A stretch of 63,858 nucleotides of DNA, filler included, from Saprolegnia diclina VS20 (lineage: Eukaryota): the NCBI RefSeq assembly GCF_000281045.1. It is 9 parts of 3 records of this genome, joined end to end, with 100 filler letters (N's around TTAATTAATTAA, not from the genome) between each part and the next. Parts side by side here need not be neighbours in the genome. Positions count along the whole stretch, not along the records: positions 1 to 5,900 come from NW_008246158.1; positions 6,001 to 29,518 come from NW_008246159.1; 7 more parts are not named here. One strand, 5' to 3'. The notes below the pieces were generated by a model. That model was not told the DNA's origin, searched no databases, and saw only the letters and a program-made list of their open reading frames with translations. Of the stretch, positions 1-11,780 are shown one piece after another (position 1 is the stretch's first letter; the number at the start of each line of letters is the position of its first letter). A program made the position numbers and the translations under genes.

Positions 1-521
1 GTTAATGACAATTTGCGCGCGACCAGCGACGACGGCGTGCATGTGAGCACGACCAACCACACCACATATCTTTTCCACGAGTTTGTCGTCAAGAAGAAGG
101 ACACTATATGGACGTACCTACATGACGGAGACACCCACGGTGCGCCATTGAATCGAAAGTGGCCCGTATCCGGTTTGTGCGCAAAGTGCATCTTCATGCC
201 AACGCAATGCCAGCTCGCAATGTCCATCGATAGCGTCTGAGTCGGAAACTTTCTCATCCTAGAGACGTATTTTCGAGAATTATGCTTGCGACTGTTGAAT
301 GCTACTACAGTATAGCTTTTGGCCGCCGCCGTGATTGAAAAGACTGGCAGAAAAAGTCGACAACTAGAGTGTTGAATATGTGCACCTTGTCTGTGAACGC
401 GTGCAACATTGTGGGCTTGTCGCATCGGCTCAAAACTACTTGACTCGAGCGAGACACGGCCAGCGACCCACGGCACCACCGGTTTCACCGCCACGCAGTC
501 TATTTTGATTTCGGGGCCACG

Positions 522-2095
522 ATGGCGACGAACCAACGCGCCTGTCCCATGGTCCTGGGCCTTCGGCACGCCCTCACATCGATCGTTCAATGCCTCCAGT
601 CGCCAGGCGACGTCGTTGCCTTTCTGAGTGCACTGCCACCTGCCTCACTGGACGAACCACTCGCAGCAATCTTGGAGCTGCTGGCGCGACCAAGCATGGT
701 GGCCCACAAGTGGCCAGAGCTCAACCTCGACAACTTGACGGCCATCGACACCCCGCTGGCTCGTTTGGCGCTACCCGTGTTCACGTCGGTGCGCAGCTCG
801 GAACTTTGGCTCTACAAGTGCCTATCGACTACGCCACCCTCCGACGATGACGACGACGACGATGACGATGACGATGACGACGACATGGGTCAATAATACT
901 TTATTATTGACCCATGACGACGATGACGACGACGATGACGACGTGCCTCGGTTCATCGAGTTTGTTTCGCAGTGGCCACTCAAAATGACGTATGTGGACG
1001 CAGCTTGGCGGGATGAGGTTGGCACCGCGGTCTATTGCAGCCTGCTACGTCGCTGCACGCGCCTTCGGTCGATCAACTTGGACGGCGGTGAGGGTGCTGG
1101 AGACGTCCTCGCAGCCGTCACAACGCCCGCTCACCGCGTGACCTCGGTCTGCACCGCTATGTCAACTGCACCCGCTGCGGGAGACTGGTGCGCATTTTTG
1201 AAACCCTGGCTCACCAGTGGCCACGCTCGGCACATTGCCTTTCGCAACGGATATCGCGGGAACGGGGACGTCGCAGCGCTCTCTCGGACACTCGCGACAA
1301 CCTTTTCGCTGCGAGGCCTCACAATATGGGGCGCCGACGAGCTGCTCCGTGCGCTCGTGTCGTTGAAGTTGCCACTGCATCAATATACCGAGATCGACAT
1401 TGCAACATCGGGAGCCAAAACCCTGCGCTTACTCTTGAAGCGTCTTGACATCGCCACGTTGACATCGCTCAAATTGGCTTGTGACACGGATCACGCCGAC
1501 ACTCTACGTCTCGTGGGGCACATGCCTTCCCTGCGCCACCTTGCACTGACCGACGGCTGTGTCGGGAACGCATTTGCTGACGCGTCAACGTGGCCGGCGC
1601 TCGAGAGCATCGCCTTCGAGCGCGTCTCCTTGGCTGCGACCGCTCGGCGCGCGCTGTTTGCGTACTTTCACCGCGTGCAAGGCCTTCGAGCGGTGACGTT
1701 GGAGGGCCCGAAGTGCATCGGGACCACGGACTTCTTTGATTGGAGTCTTGCGTTCAGTCGCTTGCTCGCAAATGGGCTTGTCGTGGCGAAACTGGTGAAT
1801 ACCGGCCTCGACGACGCTTGCGCTGCCCTTCTAGCACGTGCGCTGCGCGAAGTGCGCAATACGTCCTCACTTCATCTGGACCTGACGGAGAACGACATCA
1901 GCATCGACGGCGTCGGCGCGCTTCTGAACGCCCTAGCAACGTGTCTCTACGTGCGCATCGAGATCGCTTGCACGAGCTTTGACCTTCTCGAACCGTACAC
2001 GACCGAACATTCAAGCGTTTGCAGCCATCCATGGGATGACGGCGACGGTCACGGACGAGCACTTCACGCTGTGCAGCCCTTCGACACGTTTGTAG
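522..2095 (+). pseudogene. LRR/RNI-like protein of a Saprolegniales-expanded family, apparently frameshifted twice
   Basis: The N-terminus (IVQCLQSP..AFL.ALP.ASLD.PLAA) is in ORF 522-896. The LRR-like body (LRSINLD, LTSLKL, LRHLAL, LHLDLTENDISIDGVGALLNALATC) is in a different frame (ORF from 847). The frame switches at the hairpin at 884-916. A probable second shift near 2000 gives the C-terminus IQAFAAIHGMTATVTDEHFTLCSPSTRL*, which resembles the tail of the paralog at 5700-5818. Confidence 0.65.
884..916. repeat. Perfect hairpin with 15-bp arms inserted in a (GAC/GAT)n tract
   Basis: CATGGGTCAATAATA-CTT-TATTATTGACCCATG; the arms are exact reverse complements. Confidence 0.95.
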
Positions 2096-3866
2096 TATGT
2101 AGCGCTATGGATATANNNNNNNNNNNNNNNNNNNNNNNNNNNNNNNNNNNNNNNNNNNNNNNNNNNNNNNNNNNNNNNNNNNNNNNNNNNNNNNNNNNNN
2201 NNNNNNNNNNNNNNNNNNNNNNNNNNNNNNNNNNNNNNNNNNNNNNNNNNNNNNNNNNNNNNNNNNNNNNNNNNNNNNNNNNNNNNNNNNNNNNNNNNNN
2301 NNNNNNNNNNNNNNNNNNNNNNNNNNNNNNNNNNNNNNNNNNNNNNNNNNNNNNNNNNNNNNNNNNNNNNNNNNNNNNNNNNNNNNNNNNNNNNNNNNNN
2401 NNNNNNNNNNNNNNNNNNNNNNNNNNNNNNNNNNNNNNNNNNNNNNNNNNNNNNNNNNNNNNNNNNNNNNNNNNNNNNNNNNNNNNNNNNNNNNNNNNNN
2501 NNNNNNNNNNNNNNNNNNNNNNNNNNNNNNNNNNNNNNNNNNNNNNNNNNNNNNNNNNNNNNNNNNNNNNNNNNNNNNNNNNNNNNNNNNNNNNNNNNNN
2601 NNNNNNNNNNNNNNNNNNNNNNNNNNNNNNNNNNNNNNNNNNNNNNNNNNNNNNNNNNNNNNNNNNNNNNNNNNNNNNNNNNNNNNNNNNNNNNNNNNNN
2701 NNNNNNNNNNNNNNNNNNNNNNNNNNNNNNNNNNNNNNNNATCCTCCTCGATTATCCATAAATTACATCGTCCATGCGTCTTGCTCAACACACCCGAGAC
2801 CATGCCAGGGCCACTTGACGAGGATGCAAAGGAAATGCGAAGCGACTGCGCAATGAAACCCCGTTCTTAGATTTTTGCGCCATCCTGGTCACGATACAGT
2901 ATGGCATACTACACCCAAGTCGCGCTCCACCGGTATCGCAAGCCCAGACTCAGCCAACATCCGAGAGAGGGAGTCATCCAGCGACTTTCTCGAGTCGCTG
3001 GACGAAGCGCGTTGCAGAGTCGAGTCGGTCCGCCGTTCGGTCCAGTGGAAGGCTAGATACACCCAACTAAATCCCATTTCATAAAAATGTACCAGTTTTC
3101 CATTCGCAAACAACGCAGAGTCCGGTGGGAAGTGGACGCCGCCGCCTTCGCGAGCAAGCTACGTCCAGCCTGGTAGCTTATGCTTACGATATGTGTCTAC
3201 TCGCACGTACTAGTACTCCCTTGAACCATTGCTTCAGGAGCCGACAATCGACAGCCAAAACGACACAAACCAAATGCAATCCAGCCACCGGCCAAAACCA
3301 ACGAGCATCGCATCAAACGGAGCATTGCGACGAACTTGGAGAACGCGATAGCGCTGGTCAAGCTCCTTGGCGTCACACCCATGTGGCGGGGCGAGCTGAC
3401 GACCGAGTACATTTGCAGCCGGCAGTTCGATCCCGCNNNNNNNNNNNNNNNNNNNNNNNNNNNNNNNNNNNNNNNNNNNNNNNNNNNNNNNNNNNNNNNN
3501 NNNNNNNNNNNNNNNNNNNNNNNNNNNNNNNNNNNNNNNNNNNNNNNNNNNNNNNNNNNNNNNNNNNNNNNNNNNNNNNNNNNNNNNNNNNNNNNNNNNN
3601 NNNNNNNNNNNNNNNNNNNNNNNNNNNNNNNNNNNNNNNNNNNNNNNNNNNNNNNNNNNNNNNNNNNNNNNNNNNNNNNNNNNNNNNNNNNNNNNNNNNN
3701 NNNNNNNNNNNNNNNNNNNNNNNNNNNNNNNNNNNNNNNNNNNNNNNNNNNNNNNNNNNNNNNNNNNNNNNNNNNNNNNNNNNNNNNNNNNNNNNNNNNN
3801 NNNNNNNNNNNNNNNNNNNNNNNNNNNNNNNNNNNNNNNNNNNNNNNNNNNNNNNNNNNNNNNNNN

Positions 3867-4117
3867 GCAACAGCGTCGTCGGCGTCCAAGGTAGCGCCGT
3901 CCAAAACAAGCGTAGGCCACGTGTGCACCAGTGGGCCTGGTCGCGTCAATAGCGTCTTGGTCGCAGCTAGTGGTGTGTCCAGCGACGCCTGTGGCAGCGC
4001 CAACAGAAAGGCGCTGGCGTCGTGGGGCGACTGGAGGCACTGGACGATCAAGATGAGGGCGTGCGGGAGGTCGAGCATCGTCGCAGCCTCGGGAGACGCG
4101 CGCTTGGACGCTGCCAT
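3867..4117 (-). CDS. 5' part of a second LRR/RNI-like family paralog, running into an N gap
   Basis: MAASKRASPEAATMLDLPHALILIVQCLQSPHDASAFLLALPQASLDTPLAA aligns by eye with the 522 N-terminus. Confidence 0.7.
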
Positions 4118-4482
4118 TGTCAAAGTTTCCTAACTGCCGTTGGTCTAATTCTGAACTGCTGCAAGTTACTTTCACGATGCATGTGACGATCGCGATCAAT
4201 GATCGTCATTTGGGTATCGCAGATCCAGCAGATCGTCATTTTGGGTAACCTCACAAGCGCGGCCAATCAGATCAAAACCATCCCAAGTGCTGCCAATCAG
4301 CAGCGCATATGCATTTGATTGGTCAAATGTGAGAGCAGAAGGTGTCTCAAAGTACCACGCAAGAGGCTGGTCGCGAAATTTCCTGCGCTGTCCAGTTCCA
4401 ACTTGCGCCTGATTGTTCTTGTACGGATAACGATTAACCGGACCTAACTCGCTTCGGTGAAATTGCTTGAGGTCGGGAAAAT

Positions 4483-4957
4483 ATGGATCAAGCGGCTGTC
4501 CTGATCGGTGTCGGGACAACCATCGCGTCCGTCGAGGACGCCCGGCCACCTCTGCCCGACCACCTCTGTATCTGTTACAAAAGCCGGGGTCCTACGGGAT
4601 TTTGGACGACCCCGTGGGTAAAAATGAGCCAAAGGTGGGGGATCGAGCCGCACCCACTGGTTTCGCGACCCCCGGGGTGTCCTGTCCGTCGCTATAGTAC
4701 TAGTATGCGCTACGGCGGGAGGTAACTTCCGCGAGGATAAGTACAACATCCTCACCATTGGCATGGTCGAGGTTGACGACATGCTCGACAACCCGCGCTT
4801 CAACCAGTGGTTCATCAGCAACCTGCGGTGCTCCCAGGCATCGTTTCGTCGACTCGTCGACGTTCTCCGCAACTACATGGCTGACTACAAGTTCCCACGC
4901 TCGAAGCACTCGTTCAAGAAGATGGTGGCTATGCTTCTGTACTACCTCGGTAGCGGC
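4483..4957 (+). mobile_element. Truncated PIF/Harbinger-like transposase 5' fragment, interrupted by a ~130-160 bp insert
   Basis: The pattern WF..NLRCSQASFRRLVDVL...KMVAMLLYYLGSG is typical of the N-terminal helical region of Harbinger/DDE_Tnp_4 transposases. The upstream MDQAAVLIG..RPPLPDH segment is in another frame. No DDE core is present. Confidence 0.6.
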
Positions 4958-4959
4958 GC

Positions 4960-5818
4960 GAGACGGCTGGTGCCTTGGGTGTCTCCTTCGCGGACGAGTG
5001 GGCTCTTCATATCAATTTCAGCCTCTCGCTTTTCATGTCATGCGCGTCATCTCGCGTTCAACTACACCCCGACCACCGATATGACGGGGCTGGCGCAGGC
5101 ACTCGCGACCACGTCGACGCTAACAAGCCTCGGAATCCTCAACAATGACAATCTTGTGCGCGCCTTTTTGGCGCTGCAGTTGCCTTGCGCCGTCTCTGAC
5201 CTCAAGACAACCCAGCCCGTTTTTGTTGGTCGTTCTGGAAACTTTGTGATTTGGCCAAGCTCACGTCACTTGCGATCTCATGGAAGTGCGACCAGAAAGA
5301 TACCGTCTCGCTCGTCCCGCACGTGCCAGCGCTTCGTCACCTCTCGTTGCATTGGGGTGGGCTAACCTTGGACGATACATCGCAAAGGCCACACCTCGAG
5401 AGCCTGGAGCTCTGGGCAGCTCACTTGACGAAGCCGAGGCATTCGATGCCGTGCCCGCGTCACACTCAGCGCCTGCAACTGGGTTCGCACCAGTTTCCTC
5501 AACAACGGTCTCACGCTCGCAAGCTTTGCCACGACGGGAGCTTGAACGCCGTCCTCCTCGCGCTCGTGCTGCGCCAAAGTCGCAATCAATTGCCGTTCAC
5601 ACTGGACCTCACCGACAATGGCTTTACGTTGGACGGCGTTGGCATGCTGCTACAAGCCCTCGCAACGTGCACGTGTGTCTGCATCCGCCTTGACCGCCCA
5701 GAGACACGAGGGCAACGCTCGACAACTTCGAGCAATCTTCCGCATGACGCACAACGTTGTGGCCCGTAGCTGTGGCCCGTTGTGTGTGTTCTATAGTTCT
5801 ACTACGAATGCGATATGA
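4960..5818 (+). pseudogene. Degraded, 5'-truncated LRR/RNI-like paralog
   Basis: Pieces in several frames (ARHLAFN..LAQALATTSTLTSLGI; LTSLAISW..LRHLSL; FTLDLTDNGFTLDGVGMLLQALATC) match the 847-2095 protein. Confidence 0.7.
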
Positions 5819-5900
5819 CATATGTGGTAAGTTGTACATGTTTGGGAGTGCATCCAGCGTGCGGTTTTTGATTGGTCTAAATTCGCTACATTTTCAACCA

Positions 5901-6000
5901 NNNNNNNNNNNNNNNNNNNNNNNNNNNNNNNNNNNNNNNNNNNNTTAATTAATTAANNNNNNNNNNNNNNNNNNNNNNNNNNNNNNNNNNNNNNNNNNNN
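5901..6000. other. Artificial contig-joining linker (N..TTAATTAATTAA..N). Also at 29519-29618, 32337-32436, 50420-50519, 52241-52340, 57325-57424, 59443-59542 and 62018-62117
   Basis: An identical 100-nt spacer with stops in all six frames occurs 8 times. Confidence 0.97.
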
Positions 6001-6281
6001 TTTTGGGCGGTCACCACCCGAGCAAACGACAAGACCATGTCCGTCGTCCATGTCGGACGCCTCGCTCGCGAGCAGCTACTGGAGCTTTATTTTCCTAGAG
6101 CTGGCGTCGAACGTGCTCGTTGCGCGCCTCCGGGCCGCGAACATTTTTATCACGGGAAGCAGAACACTGTTGAGCAGTCCCATCAACGCCTCGCGCATCG
6201 TCGCCAAGCGCCGTGCTCCACGCCTCGTGCATGCAGACACCAATCACGGAGCGAAGCCCAGGACACGCTTCTCAACACGGG

Positions 6282-6295
6282 CCATTTTAACTTTT
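6282..6295 (+). promoter_or_regulatory. Oomycete Inr/FPR core promoter of the MsrA-like gene
   Basis: CCATTTTAACTTTT fits CATTYBNNNWTTY and ends ~25 nt upstream of ATG 6321. Confidence 0.5.
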
Positions 6296-6320
6296 ACCTC
6301 TGGCGCACGCAGACGACACC

Positions 6321-6821
6321 ATGACCACGTTCAACCAAGTCGCGCTCGGGCCCCACGAGCAGCTCGCAACATTCGCCGCCGGTGAATTCTGGCGCGCGAA
6401 GGACCTCATCAAGGTTGCCGGCGTACTTGAGGCGGTCGTCGGCTACACCGACGGCAAGACGCTCAACCCAACGCACGACGAGGTGTCCTCAGGCAAGACG
6501 GGCCACGCCTTTGCCGTCCAGATCAAGTTCGACGAAAACACGGTCTCGTACAAGAAGCTTGTCGAAGCGTTCTTTATGACCCACGACGCAACGGACAAGA
6601 AGGACACGGAATCTCCGCGCCGCTCCGGCATCTACTACCACAGCGACGAGCAGCTCAACATCGCCGAGGCCGTCAAGCGCGATGAGGCCGAGAAACGGTT
6701 CATGATGGAGCTCGAGGTCCAGCATGGTCCCGCTGAGATCTGGACTGAGATCAAGTACGCAAAACGCTTCTACCACGCCCAAGACAAGTACCAGCGCAAC
6801 GCCACGGCGAACGAGCAGTAA
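6321..6821 (+). CDS. Peptide methionine sulfoxide reductase A (MsrA)-like protein lacking the catalytic Cys
   Basis: ATFAAGEFWR, VGYTDGKTLNPTHDEVSSGKTGHA, VQIKFD, RSGIYYHSDEQ and IWTEI..FYHAQD all follow the MsrA fold pattern. Single intact exon, 166 aa. Confidence 0.85.
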   Translation: MTTFNQVALGPHEQLATFAAGEFWRAKDLIKVAGVLEAVVGYTDGKTLNPTHDEVSSGKTGHAFAVQIKFDENTVSYKKLVEAFFMTHDATDKKDTESPRRSGIYYHSDEQLNIAEAVKRDEAEKRFMMELEVQHGPAEIWTEIKYAKRFYHAQDKYQRNATANEQ

Positions 6822-6982
6822 CGACGCGCCCGTTCACTCTGCGAAGAGCATTTACTGTGTATAGATATACGAATTCTGCATATAGTTCATTCCACGTTTA
6901 AGTACATTGGTATTTTACATAGAGCTCCTTCCCAACTTGGCGACGACGGGTCGAGTAACGTTTCCTCCTAGTGAGCATAGTG

Positions 6983-9017
6983 CTACGGTTGGGCGCTTTC
7001 GAGAGAGCCTGCGCCGAGAACATTGCGCGTGCTCGCAGCGTCCGAGGCCGCAATGAGGTCATAGAGCGACCCGACACCGTCGAGACCAATGAGTCGCGGA
7101 AGAAGCACGTCTCGCTGAGCCCGTGCTTTGGCCAAGCACTTCTTTTCTGCTGGTAGAATGACTTGCAGCAGCGTGACAACTTGCTGGAGCACGCTGGTTT
7201 GTAGCTTGCTATGCACTTGAAGCGTCGTTGTGATGGCGCCGACAACGTTGGCGTCGATCGCGCGGCTCGGTGCGAGGCCACTGCGAAAGCACGTGGTCGC
7301 GACGTCCAAGCAAAGCGTCGCGACGTCGAGCTTGGCGACGTGCCGTGTCCAGATCGCAGTCAACAAGGGCACACTGCGCAAGTCGTCGTGCAGGCACTTG
7401 GCGTGCAGGCTCAGGAAATGCTGCCACACACGCACGTACGCCGCCATGAGATCGACGTCGCCGAGGTTTGCGTCGCGGTCGCGCACCCATACCGTCAGAA
7501 ACCGACCTTTGCCCACGATGTGGTGCAGCAGCGGCCGCGCCGTCATCCATTGTACGAGGAATCGCAAACTCTGCCGCTTGTCTTGTGATGACGCCGCGTG
7601 CGTAAGGACTTCGAGCAGCCAGCGCAGGGCCTCGGCGACGAACGCCTGGTCGTTGGCAGCACCTACGATATCGCGACATTAAACCATGTATGTGGAGCGA
7701 GACGAAGCACCGCACTTGCGGTGAGAATGGCGGCCCATAGCTGCATCAGTGACGCAAAGAGAGTGGGTTTTGGCGCAGTAAGGACCGTTGTCGTTGTCAG
7801 CTTGGTGATGGCGCCCTCAGCGACAAGCATCGTCGCGGTCTCAGCGTCCTCGGCGACGCTCGACCAGAGCGCAATCACGCGGCTGAGCTCAAAGTCGTTG
7901 AGCGTCTCGAGACGTTGTACTGGCAGTAGCAGCTTGGCTTTTGTGTACTTTTTTTCCAAGCTAGCGACTATCGACGCCGAGAGGCTCGCTCGGTCACCGA
8001 GCCAGCACCGATAGCGCTCGCAGTGCTGCAAGTATTCGAGAGCGCGGTCCGGGTCGTTGGCCACCAAGCTCGATTTCGACGCTTCCAAGGACGCGCTCAT
8101 AATGACGAGCCCGCGCTGCACAAAAGCCGCTTCGGCCGCCGACCCAAGCCGCTCGTCTAAAAGCCGGTAGACCTCTTCGTGAGCTTCCTACAACCAAGCG
8201 CTGTTGAGCTACGAGAGCAGAGAACCGAGTGGTGTACGTGGGACCAGGCGACCTCACGCGACCCGAGCGACAGGAGAAGCTGGCACGGCGCAAAGTGGGA
8301 GGAGGCTTGGTAGCGCGCATAGGACGCCGTCGCGTCACTTGCGAGGGCGAGGGCGATGTCAATGTCGCCGGCTTCGAACGCGTTTTGCGCCGCTGAGAGA
8401 CAGTGATTGCCCAAGACGAGATGCTCAAACGCGCCGATGCACTCGGCGCGGGTGTCGCCGGCGTGCTTGTAGGCGCTGGCGACCGACGCCATGAGCGCGC
8501 GCGCCGGCGAAAGGTCCGCGGTCGATGGCGCGAGCAGCAAGGCCGAGAGCGCGTGCATGCTCTCGTTGGCGGCGTGGCGCTGCGCCTGGCGCCGCGTGCC
8601 CGCATCGTGCTCGAGCTGCTCGAGCGCGCGCTCGACCTCTTGGAGCGCGGTCACGTGCGCCTGCCGCAAGTGCAAACTCGCATAGTGCTTGTTCTCGACG
8701 TGCTGGAGGAGGTCCAGCGTCCGCTTGGTCGCTTCGTCGACGTCGCCCGCCGCCAAGTGCTCGTGCGTCGCCGAAAGGAGGGCTTGGAACGCACTGTCCT
8801 GACTCGCGTCGAGGCGCAGCGAGAGAAGCTTGGCGGGCGACGATGGACGACTCAGTGGCGGTGGCAGCGGCGCCAGTGTTCGCTTCTTCTTGAGCTTCTT
8901 CGGTGGCGACACGAGGCCCAGCGCGCTCTGCGAATGAGGCAGCTCCTTCGGGGCGTCTGCCAGGTGCGGCAGCGACTGGGCGTGTCCAAGGCCCGGCAAC
9001 GTCGTGCGCTCGTGCAT
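6983..9017 (-). CDS. Multi-exon hypothetical alpha-helical (TPR/ARM-like) protein; 3' end approximate
   Basis: Successive coding-biased minus ORFs (8157-9017, 7663-8121, 6983-7567) separated by intron-sized gaps. Confidence 0.6.
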
Positions 9018-9378
9018 CCTCTGTTGTCTAAATTTATCGCTGCACCTCGAGTATCGTTCTACCTATCCATCTAAATATCCATCTATCTATCCATTCCTCA
9101 ATCCAGAGCGCAGCAGCCTTTCGCGCATAACTCGATAGGAGCGCTTCGCCTGGCTCGAGGCCACTGGGAAGAGAGGTTGGCCGAGTACAAAGCCTGCAGT
9201 CCCATCCCAACGGTTTGGCCAACGAAGCCCCACCCGACCTCGCCTTGCCACGTAGTTTAGTAAGCTGTGCTTGCGTCACCGACGTCCCAAGGGTGCAGCT
9301 CTCCAGAGTCCCTTGGTGTCTTGGCCGCAATGCAGTTGAAGACAGACACACGTCATGAGGAGGTTCATTGCTCGATCC

Positions 9379-11216
9379 CTACTTTTCAAAGCTGCCGTCA
9401 AAGCCCACAAAGCCGGCCATGAGGAAGATGTAGTAGAACGGCTTCTTCTCAATCTTGGAGCACCAGTTCCACGCACTCGTGAGGCGGCCGTCAATGCACG
9501 AGCCTGCATCAAAGAAGTTGTCGGCGCCGCTGCCGTCAAAGCCGTGCTTGAAAAAGTCACACAGAATCGTCTGCCGGAGCGCCTCGGCGCCGCCCATGCT
9601 CGCAATGTACACGGCCGTGTTGGCATCGTGCTCCATGCGTCCGATGAACTCGACGGTTTGGACGATCGGGCTCAGAATCCGCGACACTTGGGTGTACTTG
9701 TCGATAAACATGAGCGCGTTCGGCACGTTGTGGTCGCCGAGGTGGATGACGCTCGAGCCCACCCAGCCCATCGACGACGCCTTCTGCGTGAGGTGCAAGA
9801 TGGCGTGCATGCGCGACGACGTCTCTGGCGCGCGCTGCATGCGGTTGAGGCCTTGGCCCGTATCCTACATATCACACCGGTCAAAACCCCAACGTTGGAC
9901 TCAAACACCGTACACGAAGTCGGTAGCCGCCGCCGTGCAGCAGATCGTCCTCGACCGCAAACCAGAGCGGAAACATCTCGAGCGTAATGTTCTTCCAGAG
10001 CGAGAGCGACTGCATCGCGTAGGCAAACTGCGTCTTGTGGTTGTGCGTGAGGCGCGCGCCGTTGCGGCCAGCGCGAATGTCGAGGGCAAACCCCCCGGAC
10101 GGCGTCGCAAAGTACCGCTCGAGGTACGCTTGCATCTTGGAGATCGGGTCGCAGTTGAGCGCGAGGTAGCTGTTGTTGTCGTCGATCGATGCGAGGCAGA
10201 GCCGGATGTCGTCGGCCGTCAAGTCCTTGGTCGCATAACTAGACAGATAACGTGAGCAATGGACGAGCAACTCGAGGGTGTTCTACTGGGCGACGAGCGA
10301 CGCGATCGCCGCGGCCTTTTCCTGGCGCTGGACAGCAGCTTGGGCGCTCGTGTCCGAGATGGACCGCGTCGCAACCGGGACGTCGGCGTCGAGGAGGAGG
10401 TCGAGGCCGTTGCGCGCCTCCAAGAATGAGTGCACCGTGTGCGTATCTTGAATGCACGAAAACTCAAAGTACCCTTCGACCTCCTGCATGCTCGCATCTT
10501 GCAAGAGGTAGATCATCTTGCCATAGTTGTTGCGCATGCGCTCTAGGGCAAATGCACGTGAGGCGACAGGCCAGATGGAGCGAGGCCGTACCGGGGTTCA
10601 TGACCTTGTAGCGACGCCCAATCTCAAAGACAGCCTTGAAGAAGTCGGCGTTGTCCATGTAGGCGCGGTCCAGCACCTTCTTCTTGCCGTTGCGAAAGTC
10701 GCTGGCGACCATCATGCCCGACATGATGTTGAAGAGGTCCGTGAGCTCCGTCAGGATGCGCTTCACCGGCGACCGGTACGAGAGGATGTCGACCTTGTCC
10801 GTGTACTCGGACACATTGAGCGACGCGTCCAGAAGGTTGAAGAGCACGCGCTCCCCGTCGCTAAGGCGCATCGGAATGTACTTGGCGCGACCGGCCAGCA
10901 CCTGCGCCTCTTTGGTCGCGACACCACGCGCGACCTGCGGCGCCTCGCTCGTGTCGCCCATCGGATCGTCGGCGGTGGCGATCGCGATGCTTGCAGGTGG
11001 CGGCGAAATCGTCTCGCTCGCCGGCGGCGGCGTCGGGCGCGCCGCAGTCGACGGCGCAGGAACGCCGACCGCCAAGGGCGTCGACTGGTGTTTCTGCCGG
11101 TGGCCCGAGCGGTGCTGCGCCTGGTAGCACAGGTCGCAGTAGACGTCGCCGCAGTCGGAGCACGCGAGGGCGGCCTCCGTGTCTTCGCACTCGACGCACA
11201 TCCGAGCGACGGTCAT
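9379..11216 (-). CDS. UPF0652/DUF2009 family protein with N-terminal B-box zinc finger (multi-exon)
   Basis: B-box: CVECED..CSDCGDVYCDLC..QH. Family motifs: YIPMRLS..ER..L..LNVSEYTDKVD, GARLTHNH, WVGSSVIHLGDHNVPNALMFIDKYTQV, DGSGADNFFDAGSCIDGRLTSAWNWC. Confidence 0.9.
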
Positions 11217-11780
11217 CGTCGCCAGATTTTGTCTCTGGGGCCACCTGATTGTCGCGAATCCGGATCGGGATTTCGTATCCGGACAAAACGTTTCCTTCGG
11301 TTTTGCAAGTCCATGCAGCCGAGGGCGGCGCCGGCGAAGATGACCGTAGGACGGTCGCGCCGAGCGATATCAAGGACGACGTACACCAGGCTGCGGTGCA
11401 CTCGATGCATTCGCGTCGATCGGTGCCAGCTTGACGGGTGGCCATCGAGCTGCGCGTAGCGAGCATCGATCCATTTGCTCGTCGCGACGCTTCTCGCGGC
11501 GGATGGGGCCACCGAACACCCAAGCGTCAGAGCAAGACAGTACGCTCAACACCGACGTGTACGTACTATGCAGCGGATCGAGAAGTGGGTGGCATGCGAC
11601 GACGTCGACGGCCTCTTGTCAACGGGCTGTCCAGTCCCACATCAACCGACTTCTCATCAACCGACTTCTCACGTTCGACAATCAATGCCCACACGCAAAC
11701 ACTGCGTATCCGCCTTGTCCCAACCAAGCGGTGCGAGCCACGACACTAGGCTATATAGCTGTGTATAAAACGAAGAGATC

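Noticed and set aside
2116..3866. Long ORFs containing X runs
   Set aside because: Artefacts of translating through N gaps.
5945..5956. Recurrent palindrome TTAATTAATTAA (8 copies)
   Set aside because: Always centred in 100-nt N blocks: an artificial six-frame-stop scaffolding linker, not biology.
6381..6392. Possible selenocysteine MsrA (TGA inside GGTGAATTCTGG)
   Set aside because: The TGA is out of frame, the ORF is continuous with Glu at this position, the other catalytic residues are also lost, and no SECIS was recognised.
11640..11671. 15-bp tandem duplication CATCAACCGACTTCT and a possible small plus-strand gene at 11313-11768
   Set aside because: A simple slippage repeat; no consistent exon model or protein motif could be supported.
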